From Zoogloeaceae bacterium (lineage in GTDB: Bacteria > Pseudomonadota > Gammaproteobacteria > Burkholderiales > Rhodocyclaceae): a stretch of 37,069 nucleotides of DNA. Both the position numbers and the translations under genes were made by a program. Below are positions 1-7,998 of this stretch, piece by piece. The notes below the pieces were generated by a model. That model had not been told where the DNA came from, ran no database searches, and saw only the letters and a program-made list of their open reading frames with translations. The stretch lies in assembly GCA_031259605.1 (NCBI GenBank), contig JAIRLE010000029.1:1-37069 (forward strand), given 5' to 3'. Position 1 is the first letter of the stretch; each line of letters starts with the position of its first letter.

Positions 1-1796
1 CCATTGGCGAACACGGCATAACCCGATGTCATTTGCCAGGGCGTGACGGAACCCGCGCCCAGCGCCATGGTCAGATAGGGCGGGTGACGCGCGGCGTCAA
101 AACCGAAACGGGTGACGTAATCCTGGGCATAGCGCGGGCCGATGTCCTGAAGCACGCGGATGGAAACCATGTTCTTGGAACGCGCCAACCCCATGCGCAG
201 GGTAATTGGGCCATCGTATTTGCCATCGTAATTCTTGGGTGCCCAGGGTTTTTCGCCGGTGACTTCCGGGCTGAGCGTCAAGGGTTCATCCGGCACGACG
301 CTGGCGGGTGAAAAGCCCTTTTCCAGCGCCGCTGAATAAATGAAGGGCTTGAAGCTGGAACCCGGCTGCCGCCAGGCTTGGGTAACCCGGTTATATGCGC
401 CCAGATTGGAATCAAAACCGCCGACCAGCGCGCGCACACGGCCATTTACGGGATGAATGGCGACAAAGGCGGCTTCCACATCGGGAAGTTGCGCAATCCG
501 CCATTGATCGTCCTTTTTGCTCAGGCGAATGACCGAACCGGGACGCAGCCGTTTATCGGGTTTCGCCTTGTCGCCCAACAGACGGGCGGCGAATTTGATG
601 GCGTCGCCAGAGAGCGTAAGCGTCTCGCCATCCTGAACGCGCGCCTTGACGGTCTGCGCCGAGGCGTCCAGCACGACGGCGGGCAACAGGTCTTCCACTG
701 CGGGGAATTCGTGCAGGGCGGCATCCAGCGTGTCGTCGGGATTGTCGTCGGAAGATTCATCGGCATTCCGCGCGAAGCGCGCAAGGTCAATGAACCCCTC
801 CGCGCCGCGATAGCCCTGGCGCAGGTCGTACTCCAGCACACCCTGGCGCAAGGCGCGCCAGGCGGCTTCCTGTTCCGCCATGTCGATGGTGGTGATGACT
901 TGCAGGCCGCCGCTATAGACCGTGTCCGGGAACTGTTCCTCCGTAATCAGGCGCGCCATTTCCGCCACGTATTCGGCGTGCTGGGTATGTTGTCCGATGT
1001 CGCGCTTGATGACCAAGGCATCCGATAGCGCTTCCTGGCGTTCTTCCGCGCGGATGAAGCCGAGCTCGAACATGCGGCGCAGCACGTATTCCTGGCGCTG
1101 GCGAGCATATTTGGGGTCTCTGACCGGGTTTCTCGAGGGCGTCTTGGGTAATCCGGCCAGCATGGCGGCTTCGGCAAGACTGATGCGCGCCAGGGGTTTG
1201 CCAAAATAGATCTGGGAGGCCGCCGCAAAGCCATAGGCGTGTTGCCCCAGGAAAATCTGGTTGATGTACAACTCGAAAATCTGATCCTTGCTGAGATTCT
1301 GCTCAATCTTCAGGGTCAGCAGCATTTCGTAGAACTTGCGTTTCAGGGTTTTTTCCGGGGTGAGGAAAAAATTGCGCGCCACTTGCTGGGTGATGGTCGA
1401 AGCCCCCTGCCGCCGCCCCTTGTTCATGAGGTTCACGTAGATCGCGCGCAAAACGCCCTTTGGGTCGATGCCGTAGTGCTGATAGAACTCGTCGTCCTCC
1501 GCTGCCAGCAGCGCCTGTTTCAGGGTATCGGGCACATCTTGGAACTTGACCGGGGCGCGGCGTTCCTCGCCGAACTCGCCGATCAGGTGACCATCGTTAC
1601 TGTAGATGCGCAGCGGAATCCTGGGCTGGTAATTGGTGAGCGCGTCCAGATCGGGCAGGGTGGGATAGCTGATCACTACCACGATGACGGCGATGGCGAC
1701 GCCCATGAGCGCCAGACCCAACACAAAACCAACGGGATAGAGTATGATGCGGACAACACGTGGCAGCGCGGCAAAGGAGGGGATTGCAAGAGACAT
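1..1796 (-). CDS. mrcA: Penicillin-binding protein 1A (class A PBP), 3' end outside the window
   Basis: Missing from the ORF track because it has no stop in the window. Manual minus-strand translation from ATG 1796 gives MSLAIPSF..., a TM anchor, LPDLDALTNYQPRIPLRIYS, GT51 motifs AEDDEFYQHYGID and GASTITQQVARNFF, and transpeptidase motifs RQPGSSFKPF (SxxK) and LARSKN (SxN) in the same frame. Divergence from pilM is the usual arrangement. An alternative in-frame ATG lies at 1829. Confidence 0.95.
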   Translation of the reverse strand, partial: MSLAIPSFAALPRVVRIILYPVGFVLGLALMGVAIAVIVVVISYPTLPDLDALTNYQPRIPLRIYSNDGHLIGEFGEERRAPVKFQDVPDTLKQALLAAEDDEFYQHYGIDPKGVLRAIYVNLMNKGRRQGASTITQQVARNFFLTPEKTLKRKFYEMLLTLKIEQNLSKDQIFELYINQIFLGQHAYGFAAASQIYFGKPLARISLAEAAMLAGLPKTPSRNPVRDPKYARQRQEYVLRRMFELGFIRAEERQEALSDALVIKRDIGQHTQHAEYVAEMARLITEEQFPDTVYSGGLQVITTIDMAEQEAAWRALRQGVLEYDLRQGYRGAEGFIDLARFARNADESSDDNPDDTLDAALHEFPAVEDLLPAVVLDASAQTVKARVQDGETLTLSGDAIKFAARLLGDKAKPDKRLRPGSVIRLSKKDDQWRIAQLPDVEAAFVAIHPVNGRVRALVGGFDSNLGAYNRVTQAWRQPGSSFKPFIYSAALEKGFSPASVVPDEPLTLSPEVTGEKPWAPKNYDGKYDGPITLRMGLARSKNMVSIRVLQDIGPRYAQDYVTRFGFDAARHPPYLTMALGAGSVTPWQMTSGYAVFAN

Positions 1797-1885
1797 CGCG
1801 GGATTGTCGTAAGTTGAAATGTGGCGCATTATACCCGCATCGACGCCGCGCCCTAACACAACATAATTTTTTTGTAATAAATTGC

Positions 1886-1914
1886 TTTACATTATCAAGA
1901 CTTATTGCTAGGAT
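1886..1914 (+). promoter_or_regulatory. Putative sigma70 promoter for pilMNOPQ
   Basis: TTTACA (1886-1891), 17-bp spacer, TAGGAT (1909-1914) with an extended -10 TG, in the AT-rich mrcA/pilM intergenic region. Confidence 0.5.
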
Positions 1915-1972
1915 TTAATGTGAATTATCGGTTTGTGGCGTAACTCGTGGTTTTATCGAGTTTTTTTGAAGA

Positions 1973-3061
1973 GTGGAGGTGATCTTGGATCTGTCCTTTT
2001 TCAATCCCAAGGCGCGTTCCCTGCTTGGGTTGGATGTTTGCTCGTCCGCAGTGAAGATGCTGGAGTTGTCTGCTGTGGGGCGCAACGACTTTCGCGTTGA
2101 GCGGTACGCGATCGAAGTCCTGCCCAAGGATGCCGTCACGGATGGCAACATTGCCAACGTAGACGCCGTCATATCAGGTATACGCAATGCCTGGAGGCGC
2201 ATGTCGACTTCCGTGCGCAATGTGGCGATGGCGTTGCCCGCGTCTGCCGTCATTTCCAAGAAGATCATCGTGCCGGACGGTTTGCGCGATGATGAGCTGG
2301 ATGCGTTGGTGGAGTCGGAAGCCAGTCAGTACATTCCGTTTTCCATCGACGAAATCAATCTGGACTACCAGGTGCTGGGGGCTGCGCCCGCTTCGCCGGG
2401 CGAGCGGGAAGTCCTGATCGTCGCGTCCAAGAAGGATCGGGTGGAAGACCGTCTGGCGGTGGCGGAAGGCGCTGGCCTGAAGCCGGTGGTGATGGATGTC
2501 GAATCCTACGCTTCGCAACTGGCGTTTGATCTGATCGTCCAGCAGCTGCCCGAAATCCACTCTTCGTCCCTGGTGGCGCTGGTGGATATCGGCATGAACA
2601 CCATGCGGCTTTCCGTGCTGCGCGGCGATGCCACCGTCTATACCAAGGAATCGGTGTTTGGCGGCGGAATGCTCACACAGGATATCGTGCGGCGCTACGG
2701 CATGAGTTATGCCGAAGCCGAAACCGCCAAGCGCACGGGGGAATTGCCGGGCGACTACGAAACGGACCTGTTGCCGCAGTTTTCCGAAAACCTGTCGCTG
2801 GAAGTCGCGCGCGCCCTGCAATTCTTCTTTACTGCCACGCAGTTCAACAAGGTCGATCTCATCATGCTGGCGGGCGGTTGCGCCGCGATTCAAGGAATTG
2901 CGAATCAGGTGGCGAGCCGGACGCAGGTCAATACCGTCATTGCCGATCCCTTTACGGGCATGACGGTTTCCAGCAATGTCCGCGTCAACAATCTGCAAAG
3001 TGACGCGGCTTCCCTGCTGACCGTGTGTGGTCTGGCTTTGAGGAGGTTTGATCCATCATGA
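1973..3061 (+). CDS. pilM: Type IV pilus assembly protein PilM (FtsA/actin-like)
   Basis: LLGLDVCSSAVKMLELS, EASQYIPF, ALVDIG, LAGGCA, CGLALRRFD. First gene of the pilMNOPQ order. The start codon is uncertain by a few codons. Confidence 0.95.
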   Translation: MEVILDLSFFNPKARSLLGLDVCSSAVKMLELSAVGRNDFRVERYAIEVLPKDAVTDGNIANVDAVISGIRNAWRRMSTSVRNVAMALPASAVISKKIIVPDGLRDDELDALVESEASQYIPFSIDEINLDYQVLGAAPASPGEREVLIVASKKDRVEDRLAVAEGAGLKPVVMDVESYASQLAFDLIVQQLPEIHSSSLVALVDIGMNTMRLSVLRGDATVYTKESVFGGGMLTQDIVRRYGMSYAEAETAKRTGELPGDYETDLLPQFSENLSLEVARALQFFFTATQFNKVDLIMLAGGCAAIQGIANQVASRTQVNTVIADPFTGMTVSSNVRVNNLQSDAASLLTVCGLALRRFDPS

Positions 3062-3798
3062 TTCGCATTAATCTCCTTCCTTACAAGGAAGAACTGCGCA
3101 AGGCCAAACGGCAGCAGTTTGGCGTACTGGCCGTTGCGTTCGCGGCGGCGGCGGCGCTGACGGTCTTTGTTGCCTATGAGTTGTATGATGTGGCCATTGG
3201 CAGTCAAAACAGCCGCAACCAGATGCTGCAAGCGGGCATTGACTCCACCAAGCGCCAGCTTCAGGAAATCGAGGAGATCAAGGCCAAGAGCGCGGCGTTG
3301 CTGGGGCGCAAGAGCGCCATCGAGTCCTTGCAGAAAGACCGTAACAACACGGTGCGCCTGCTGAGCGAAATGGTGCAGCAAACGCCGGAAGGCATCTATC
3401 TCACCTCCTTGCAACAAACGGGCGCCAATGTCGAGATCAAGGGCTATGCCCAATCCAGCTCGCGGGTGTCGATTCTGATGCGCAACATTGAAGCCTCCCG
3501 CTGGATGAATGCGCCCATGCTGAAGGAAGTCCAGGCTGTGGTGGTGCGTGGGCGGCGTGTGCCAGAGTTTACGCTGTCGTTCCAGGCGGTAGACAAGGGT
3601 GAGGCAACGGCGGCGGAGGCGTCTCCGGCGGTGGGAGACGAAGACGCGGCGCTTGACGCCGCGGAAGCAAACGCTTCTGCCGAAACCGCGCCGGGAGCGA
3701 CATCGGCGCCGCCTGCGCCAACAACGGAAGGCGAGGCGGCAACAACGCCCGCAGCGACGACGGATAGCGCGCCCGCCGAAACGGCCAAGGAGGGATGA
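3058..3798 (+). CDS. pilN: Type IV pilus assembly protein PilN with a low-complexity C-terminal tail
   Basis: N-terminal MIRINLLPY PilM-binding motif, TM helix, coiled coil, PEGIYLTSL...GYAQSSSRVS. ATGA overlap with pilM. Confidence 0.95.
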   Translation: MIRINLLPYKEELRKAKRQQFGVLAVAFAAAAALTVFVAYELYDVAIGSQNSRNQMLQAGIDSTKRQLQEIEEIKAKSAALLGRKSAIESLQKDRNNTVRLLSEMVQQTPEGIYLTSLQQTGANVEIKGYAQSSSRVSILMRNIEASRWMNAPMLKEVQAVVVRGRRVPEFTLSFQAVDKGEATAAEASPAVGDEDAALDAAEANASAETAPGATSAPPAPTTEGEAATTPAATTDSAPAETAKEG

Positions 3799-4433
3799 AG
3801 AACATGGAAAAGCCGAGTTTTCAGAAAATCATCGAAGATTTTCGTTGCCTGAATAACAGCGATCCCGCAGCGTGGCTTCCTATCCCACGTTTCACGGTGC
3901 TGGCGCTCATTTTCATTCTGGTCGCCGGCTTGGGCGGCTACCTGCTCGTTTCGGACCAGATGGCTACGCTTGAGAGCGTCAAGGCTCAGGAAGCGCAACT
4001 GCGGGAGGAATTCCTCAAGGGCAAGCGGGCGTCGGCCAGTCTGGAGCTTTATCGCCAGCAACTGGAAGAAATCGACAAATCGTTTGGTGCCCTGCTGCAG
4101 CAACTGCCCAATCGTACCCAGGTCGACGCGTTGTTGCAGGAAGTGAACCAGGCGGGCGTGGGGCAAGGGTTGCAGTTTGAATTGTTCCGTCCGTCCAACG
4201 AGATTATCCGTGAGTTCTATGTGGAGCTGCCCATTGCGGTGCGTATTTCCGGCGGGTATCACGACCTGGGTTCCTTTGCGGCGGATGTCGCCAAACTGCC
4301 GCGCATCGTCACGCTTTCCGATATCCGGATTACCCCGTCGGCGGATAATCTAAGCATGGAAATGCAGTTGAAGACCTACCGTTACATTGATGAAGAGGAG
4401 CAGGCGCAAGCCGCTCAGGGAGGCGGGAGATGA
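3795..4433 (+). CDS. pilO: Type IV pilus assembly protein PilO
   Basis: LLQQLPNRTQVDALL, GLQFELFRP, EFYVELPI, GGYHDLGSFAADVAKLPRIVTL, KTYRY. Confidence 0.95.
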   Translation: MKNMEKPSFQKIIEDFRCLNNSDPAAWLPIPRFTVLALIFILVAGLGGYLLVSDQMATLESVKAQEAQLREEFLKGKRASASLELYRQQLEEIDKSFGALLQQLPNRTQVDALLQEVNQAGVGQGLQFELFRPSNEIIREFYVELPIAVRISGGYHDLGSFAADVAKLPRIVTLSDIRITPSADNLSMEMQLKTYRYIDEEEQAQAAQGGGR

Positions 4434-4957
4434 ACAAGATTTTCATTGCTGTGGCGGCTTTGGGCCTGGCGGCCTGTAGCAACCAGGACAATCTGGAAGC
4501 CTGGATGGAAGAAAGCACCAGGGACATCAAGGTCAGCATCGATCCCATTCCCCAGATGACGCCCTATGAGCCGGTGACGTATGACGTGGCCAGTCTGCTG
4601 GATCCGTTCAACAATGCCAAGATTGTGCCGGCGGGCAGGGGACGTCCACGCACCGGGGGTTCGCTCGAGCCGGATTATGAGGCGCGCGAATTGCGCAACA
4701 ACATCATGGAAAGGTATTCGCTGGAATCCATGAACATGATTGGCGTCCTGAATCTCAACAATCAGATCATGGCGGCCATTCTGGTCGATGGTCTGGTCAG
4801 GCAGGTCAAGCTTGGAGATTACATTGGGGTTGATTTTGGCGTGGTCACGCAAATTACCGACAATGAAGTCACCATCAAGGAAGTCGTCGAGGATCGGAAC
4901 GACGAATGGGTTGAGCGTATCAACACGTTGAAATTGCAGGTTAAGGAGGGTGCGTAA
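4430..4957 (+). CDS. pilP: Type IV pilus assembly lipoprotein PilP
   Basis: Lipobox LAAC, DPF motif, ERYSLESMNMIG, VKLGDYIGVDFG, EWVER. Confidence 0.93.
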   Translation: MNKIFIAVAALGLAACSNQDNLEAWMEESTRDIKVSIDPIPQMTPYEPVTYDVASLLDPFNNAKIVPAGRGRPRTGGSLEPDYEARELRNNIMERYSLESMNMIGVLNLNNQIMAAILVDGLVRQVKLGDYIGVDFGVVTQITDNEVTIKEVVEDRNDEWVERINTLKLQVKEGA

Positions 4958-7099
4958 ATGAAACACGTCAAAAAATACATCGCCTGGGCAGCGACGCTTT
5001 GCCTGGGAGTGCTGTTTTCCGCATTCGCTGGCGCGGAAGAAGCGGGAAAGAACGCGATTACCGCAGTTACCATCACGACTCAGGGCAATGCCATCATGCT
5101 CAAGATCGACTTGAAAGAGGCGTTGACGGAATTGCCAACGGAATTCAGCATTGCCAATCCGCCGCGCGTCGCGCTGGATTTCAAGGATGTTGATAACGCA
5201 CTGGAGGGCAATCGCCGCGTGGTGAAAGAAGGCGACTTGACCAGCCTGGATGTCATCCAGTCGGGCAACAAGACGCGTCTGGTGCTCAATCTGGTGCGCA
5301 GCATGCATTATGCCGCGCGCCTGGAAGACGCTTCCCTGCTGGTTACGCTGACGCCGCTGGAAAATGCGGACATAACGCAAAAAAGCGTCTTTACCCAGGA
5401 ATCCATCCGGCAGCAGCACGAGATACGCGATATTTCCTTCCGCCGGGGCAAGGATGGCGAAGGGCGGGTCATCGTCGAACTTTCGGATGCGGGCGCGGGC
5501 ATCAACATTCGCCAACAGGGCAATGACCTGGTGGTGGATTTCCTGAAAACCGATTTGCCGGAGAATCTGCGTCGGCGCATGGACGTGCTTGATTTCGCAA
5601 CGCCCGTGACCGCTGTGGCAACAGACGGCAAGGGCGAGCATGTGCGCATGACGATTACCTCGCAAGGGCATTGGGAACACAACGCCTATCAGACGGAAAA
5701 TCAGTTCGTGGCGGAAGTCAGGGCAATTGTCGAAGATCCGACCAAACTGGTGCAAAGCAGCAAGCTCGGCTATCAGGGGCCACGCATCAGCATCAATTAC
5801 CAGAATGGCGACGTGCGCGCGTTGTTGCGCTTGATGGCGGAGGAACTGGGTTTCAACGCGGTGATCAGCGAAACCGTGCGCGGCACGACCACGCTGGTAT
5901 TGAAAGACGTGCCGGCGGATCAGGTCATCGACATCATTTTCCAGCAAAAAGGGCTGGATATGCGCAAGAACGGCAACGTGATCCTGATTGCGCCGCGCGA
6001 CGAACTGGCGACGCGGGAGAAGCTGGAATATGAAACCAATCGCACCCGTGAGGAACTGGAACCGCTGGTCATGGAAAACTTCCAGTTGAATTATCACAAT
6101 GCCGGTGCCATTCAGAGCATCCTCTCAAGCAAGGATCAGCAGATTCTTTCCAAGCGCGGCACAGTCAGTACCGACCCGCGCACCAACATCCTGTTCGTGC
6201 GCGACACGCCGGATCGCCTGGACGAGGTGCGGCGCCTGCTGGCGCAGATTGACGTGCCCTTGCGCCAGGTGCTGATTGAGGCGCGCATCGTGGAGGCGAC
6301 GGATACCTTTGCCAAGAATCTGGGGGTGCGTCTGGGCTTGCTGCACGGCAAGAATTACACCAACGCTGGTACTTGGTTCGGGATGGGAGGAGATGCTTCG
6401 CAGACGTCGAGAGCCTTTGCTCCTGCTGCGGGTAAGCCTTCCGATGTCTCGAATCCGGCGTGGAGCGTGGAGGGTACCGCAGAGTTCCCAGCCGTAAACC
6501 AGGTCAATCTACCTGCTCAAGGTTATGGCAATGCGGATGCGCAATTGTTCTCCTTCCTTCTGGCCAACAGACAAGGCACGCGCATGTTGAATCTTGAAAT
6601 TTCGGCGCTGGAAGCGGATCTGAAGGGCCGCGTCGTCTCCAGTCCGCGCGTGTTGACTTCGGACAAAGGGGAAGCGCTGATTGAACAGGGGGTGGAAATT
6701 CCCTATCAGGAAGCCTCCAGTTCCGGATCGACCAGCGTCTCCTTCAAGAAGGCCGTGCTTTCCCTGAAGGTAAGGCCGCAGATCACGCCGGACGGCAAGG
6801 TGGCCATGAAGATTGAGGTCAACAAGGATTCGCGCGGCGAAACCGTGCCGGGCGGCGTGGCCATCAACACCAAGAAAGTGCAGACCGACGTGCTGGTGGA
6901 AAATGGCGGCACGGTGGTGATTGGCGGCATCTATGAACTGACGAATCGTAACGACATCGACAAGGTGCCGCTGTTGGGCGATATGCCCATTCTCGGCTAC
7001 CTCTTCCGCAGCCAGGCGCGCGTGAGCGAGAAGTCCGAGCTTCTGGTGTTCATCACGCCGAGAATTCTCAACGAAAACCTGACGATAGGCAGCAATTGA
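4958..7099 (+). CDS. pilQ: Type IV pilus secretin PilQ
   Basis: Signal peptide, AMIN domains (FSIANPPRVALD), N0 (YQGPRISINYQ), N3 (DPRTNILFVRD), secretin domain (QVLIEARIVEA, SSPRVLT, VLVENGGTVVIGGI, KVPLLGDMPILGYLFR, ELLVFITPRI). Confidence 0.97.
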   Translation: MKHVKKYIAWAATLCLGVLFSAFAGAEEAGKNAITAVTITTQGNAIMLKIDLKEALTELPTEFSIANPPRVALDFKDVDNALEGNRRVVKEGDLTSLDVIQSGNKTRLVLNLVRSMHYAARLEDASLLVTLTPLENADITQKSVFTQESIRQQHEIRDISFRRGKDGEGRVIVELSDAGAGINIRQQGNDLVVDFLKTDLPENLRRRMDVLDFATPVTAVATDGKGEHVRMTITSQGHWEHNAYQTENQFVAEVRAIVEDPTKLVQSSKLGYQGPRISINYQNGDVRALLRLMAEELGFNAVISETVRGTTTLVLKDVPADQVIDIIFQQKGLDMRKNGNVILIAPRDELATREKLEYETNRTREELEPLVMENFQLNYHNAGAIQSILSSKDQQILSKRGTVSTDPRTNILFVRDTPDRLDEVRRLLAQIDVPLRQVLIEARIVEATDTFAKNLGVRLGLLHGKNYTNAGTWFGMGGDASQTSRAFAPAAGKPSDVSNPAWSVEGTAEFPAVNQVNLPAQGYGNADAQLFSFLLANRQGTRMLNLEISALEADLKGRVVSSPRVLTSDKGEALIEQGVEIPYQEASSSGSTSVSFKKAVLSLKVRPQITPDGKVAMKIEVNKDSRGETVPGGVAINTKKVQTDVLVENGGTVVIGGIYELTNRNDIDKVPLLGDMPILGYLFRSQARVSEKSELLVFITPRILNENLTIGSN

Positions 7100-7114
7100 T
7101 CGTTTCTCAGGGAT

Positions 7115-7144
7115 AAAAAAGCCGGGATATTCCCGGCTTTTTTT
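7115..7144. terminator. Bidirectional intrinsic terminator between convergent pilQ and murI
   Basis: AAAAAA-GCCGGGA-TAT-TCCCGGC-TTTTTTT: a 7-bp GC stem flanked by A6 and T7. Confidence 0.9.
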
Positions 7145-7151
7145 GGGGATT

Positions 7152-7949
7152 TTATATCATCCAACTTTCCACCGGCATGAAAATGCCGCAGAGGCGGACG
7201 AGCGTTGCGCCGACCTGGAAGGCGTCGCCGCTGGTGGCAAAGCGCAACTGGCCGTCACCGCCTCCCGGAATGCCCGTCTCTTTCAATCGGCGCTCAAGCT
7301 GACGGGCGACGGCTTCGCCGGTGTCGACCACGGTTGTTTCCGGCGGAAGGCGCTGGACGATGCCTGTCTTGACCCACGGATAGTGGGTGCAGCCAAGAAC
7401 GACGACATCGGCATTGGCATTGGCGAGCGGGCGCACGTAGGCGTCCAGCAGGGTTTCGACTTTTGCGCTTCCTGGCCCTTCGGCTTCGATGGTTTCGGCA
7501 AGGCCGGGACAGGCTTGCGTGATGACGGTAGTTCCGGCGGCATGGTTTTTGACCAGTTGGGCAAAGCGGCGGCTTGCCAGCGTGTGGGTGGTGGCGAGCA
7601 CGCCGAGTATGCCGTTTCGCGTCAGTGCCGCCGCCGGTTTGATGGCGGGTTCCAGCGCGACGACGGGCATGGCGAGCCGCGCGCGTATGCTTTCGGCGGC
7701 AGCGGCGGTGGCAGTGTTGCAGGCGACGACGATTGCCTTGCAGCCGCCGTGTTCCGCCAGCGCGGCGCTGATGCGCTGGGCGCGCGTCTGGATGAAGGTT
7801 TCCGGTTTGTCGCCATAGGGCAGGTGGCGGGTATCGGCGAAATAAATGAAATCCTCGTCCGGCAGACGCGCGCGCAGGGACTGCAACACGGTCAAGCCGC
7901 CCAGTCCCGAATCGAAGACGCCGATGGGTTGGTGCGGCACGATGCTCAC
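7152..7949 (-). CDS. murI: Glutamate racemase
   Basis: PIGVFDSGLGGLTV, PYGDK, catalytic VACNTA and LGCTHY motifs. GTG start. Confidence 0.96.
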   Translation of the reverse strand: MSIVPHQPIGVFDSGLGGLTVLQSLRARLPDEDFIYFADTRHLPYGDKPETFIQTRAQRISAALAEHGGCKAIVVACNTATAAAAESIRARLAMPVVALEPAIKPAAALTRNGILGVLATTHTLASRRFAQLVKNHAAGTTVITQACPGLAETIEAEGPGSAKVETLLDAYVRPLANANADVVVLGCTHYPWVKTGIVQRLPPETTVVDTGEAVARQLERRLKETGIPGGGDGQLRFATSGDAFQVGATLVRLCGIFMPVESWMI

Positions 7950-7998
7950 GGCGCGCGGGCGGATTGCAAAGACGTGATCAGAGGGTCAAGAACCGCGC

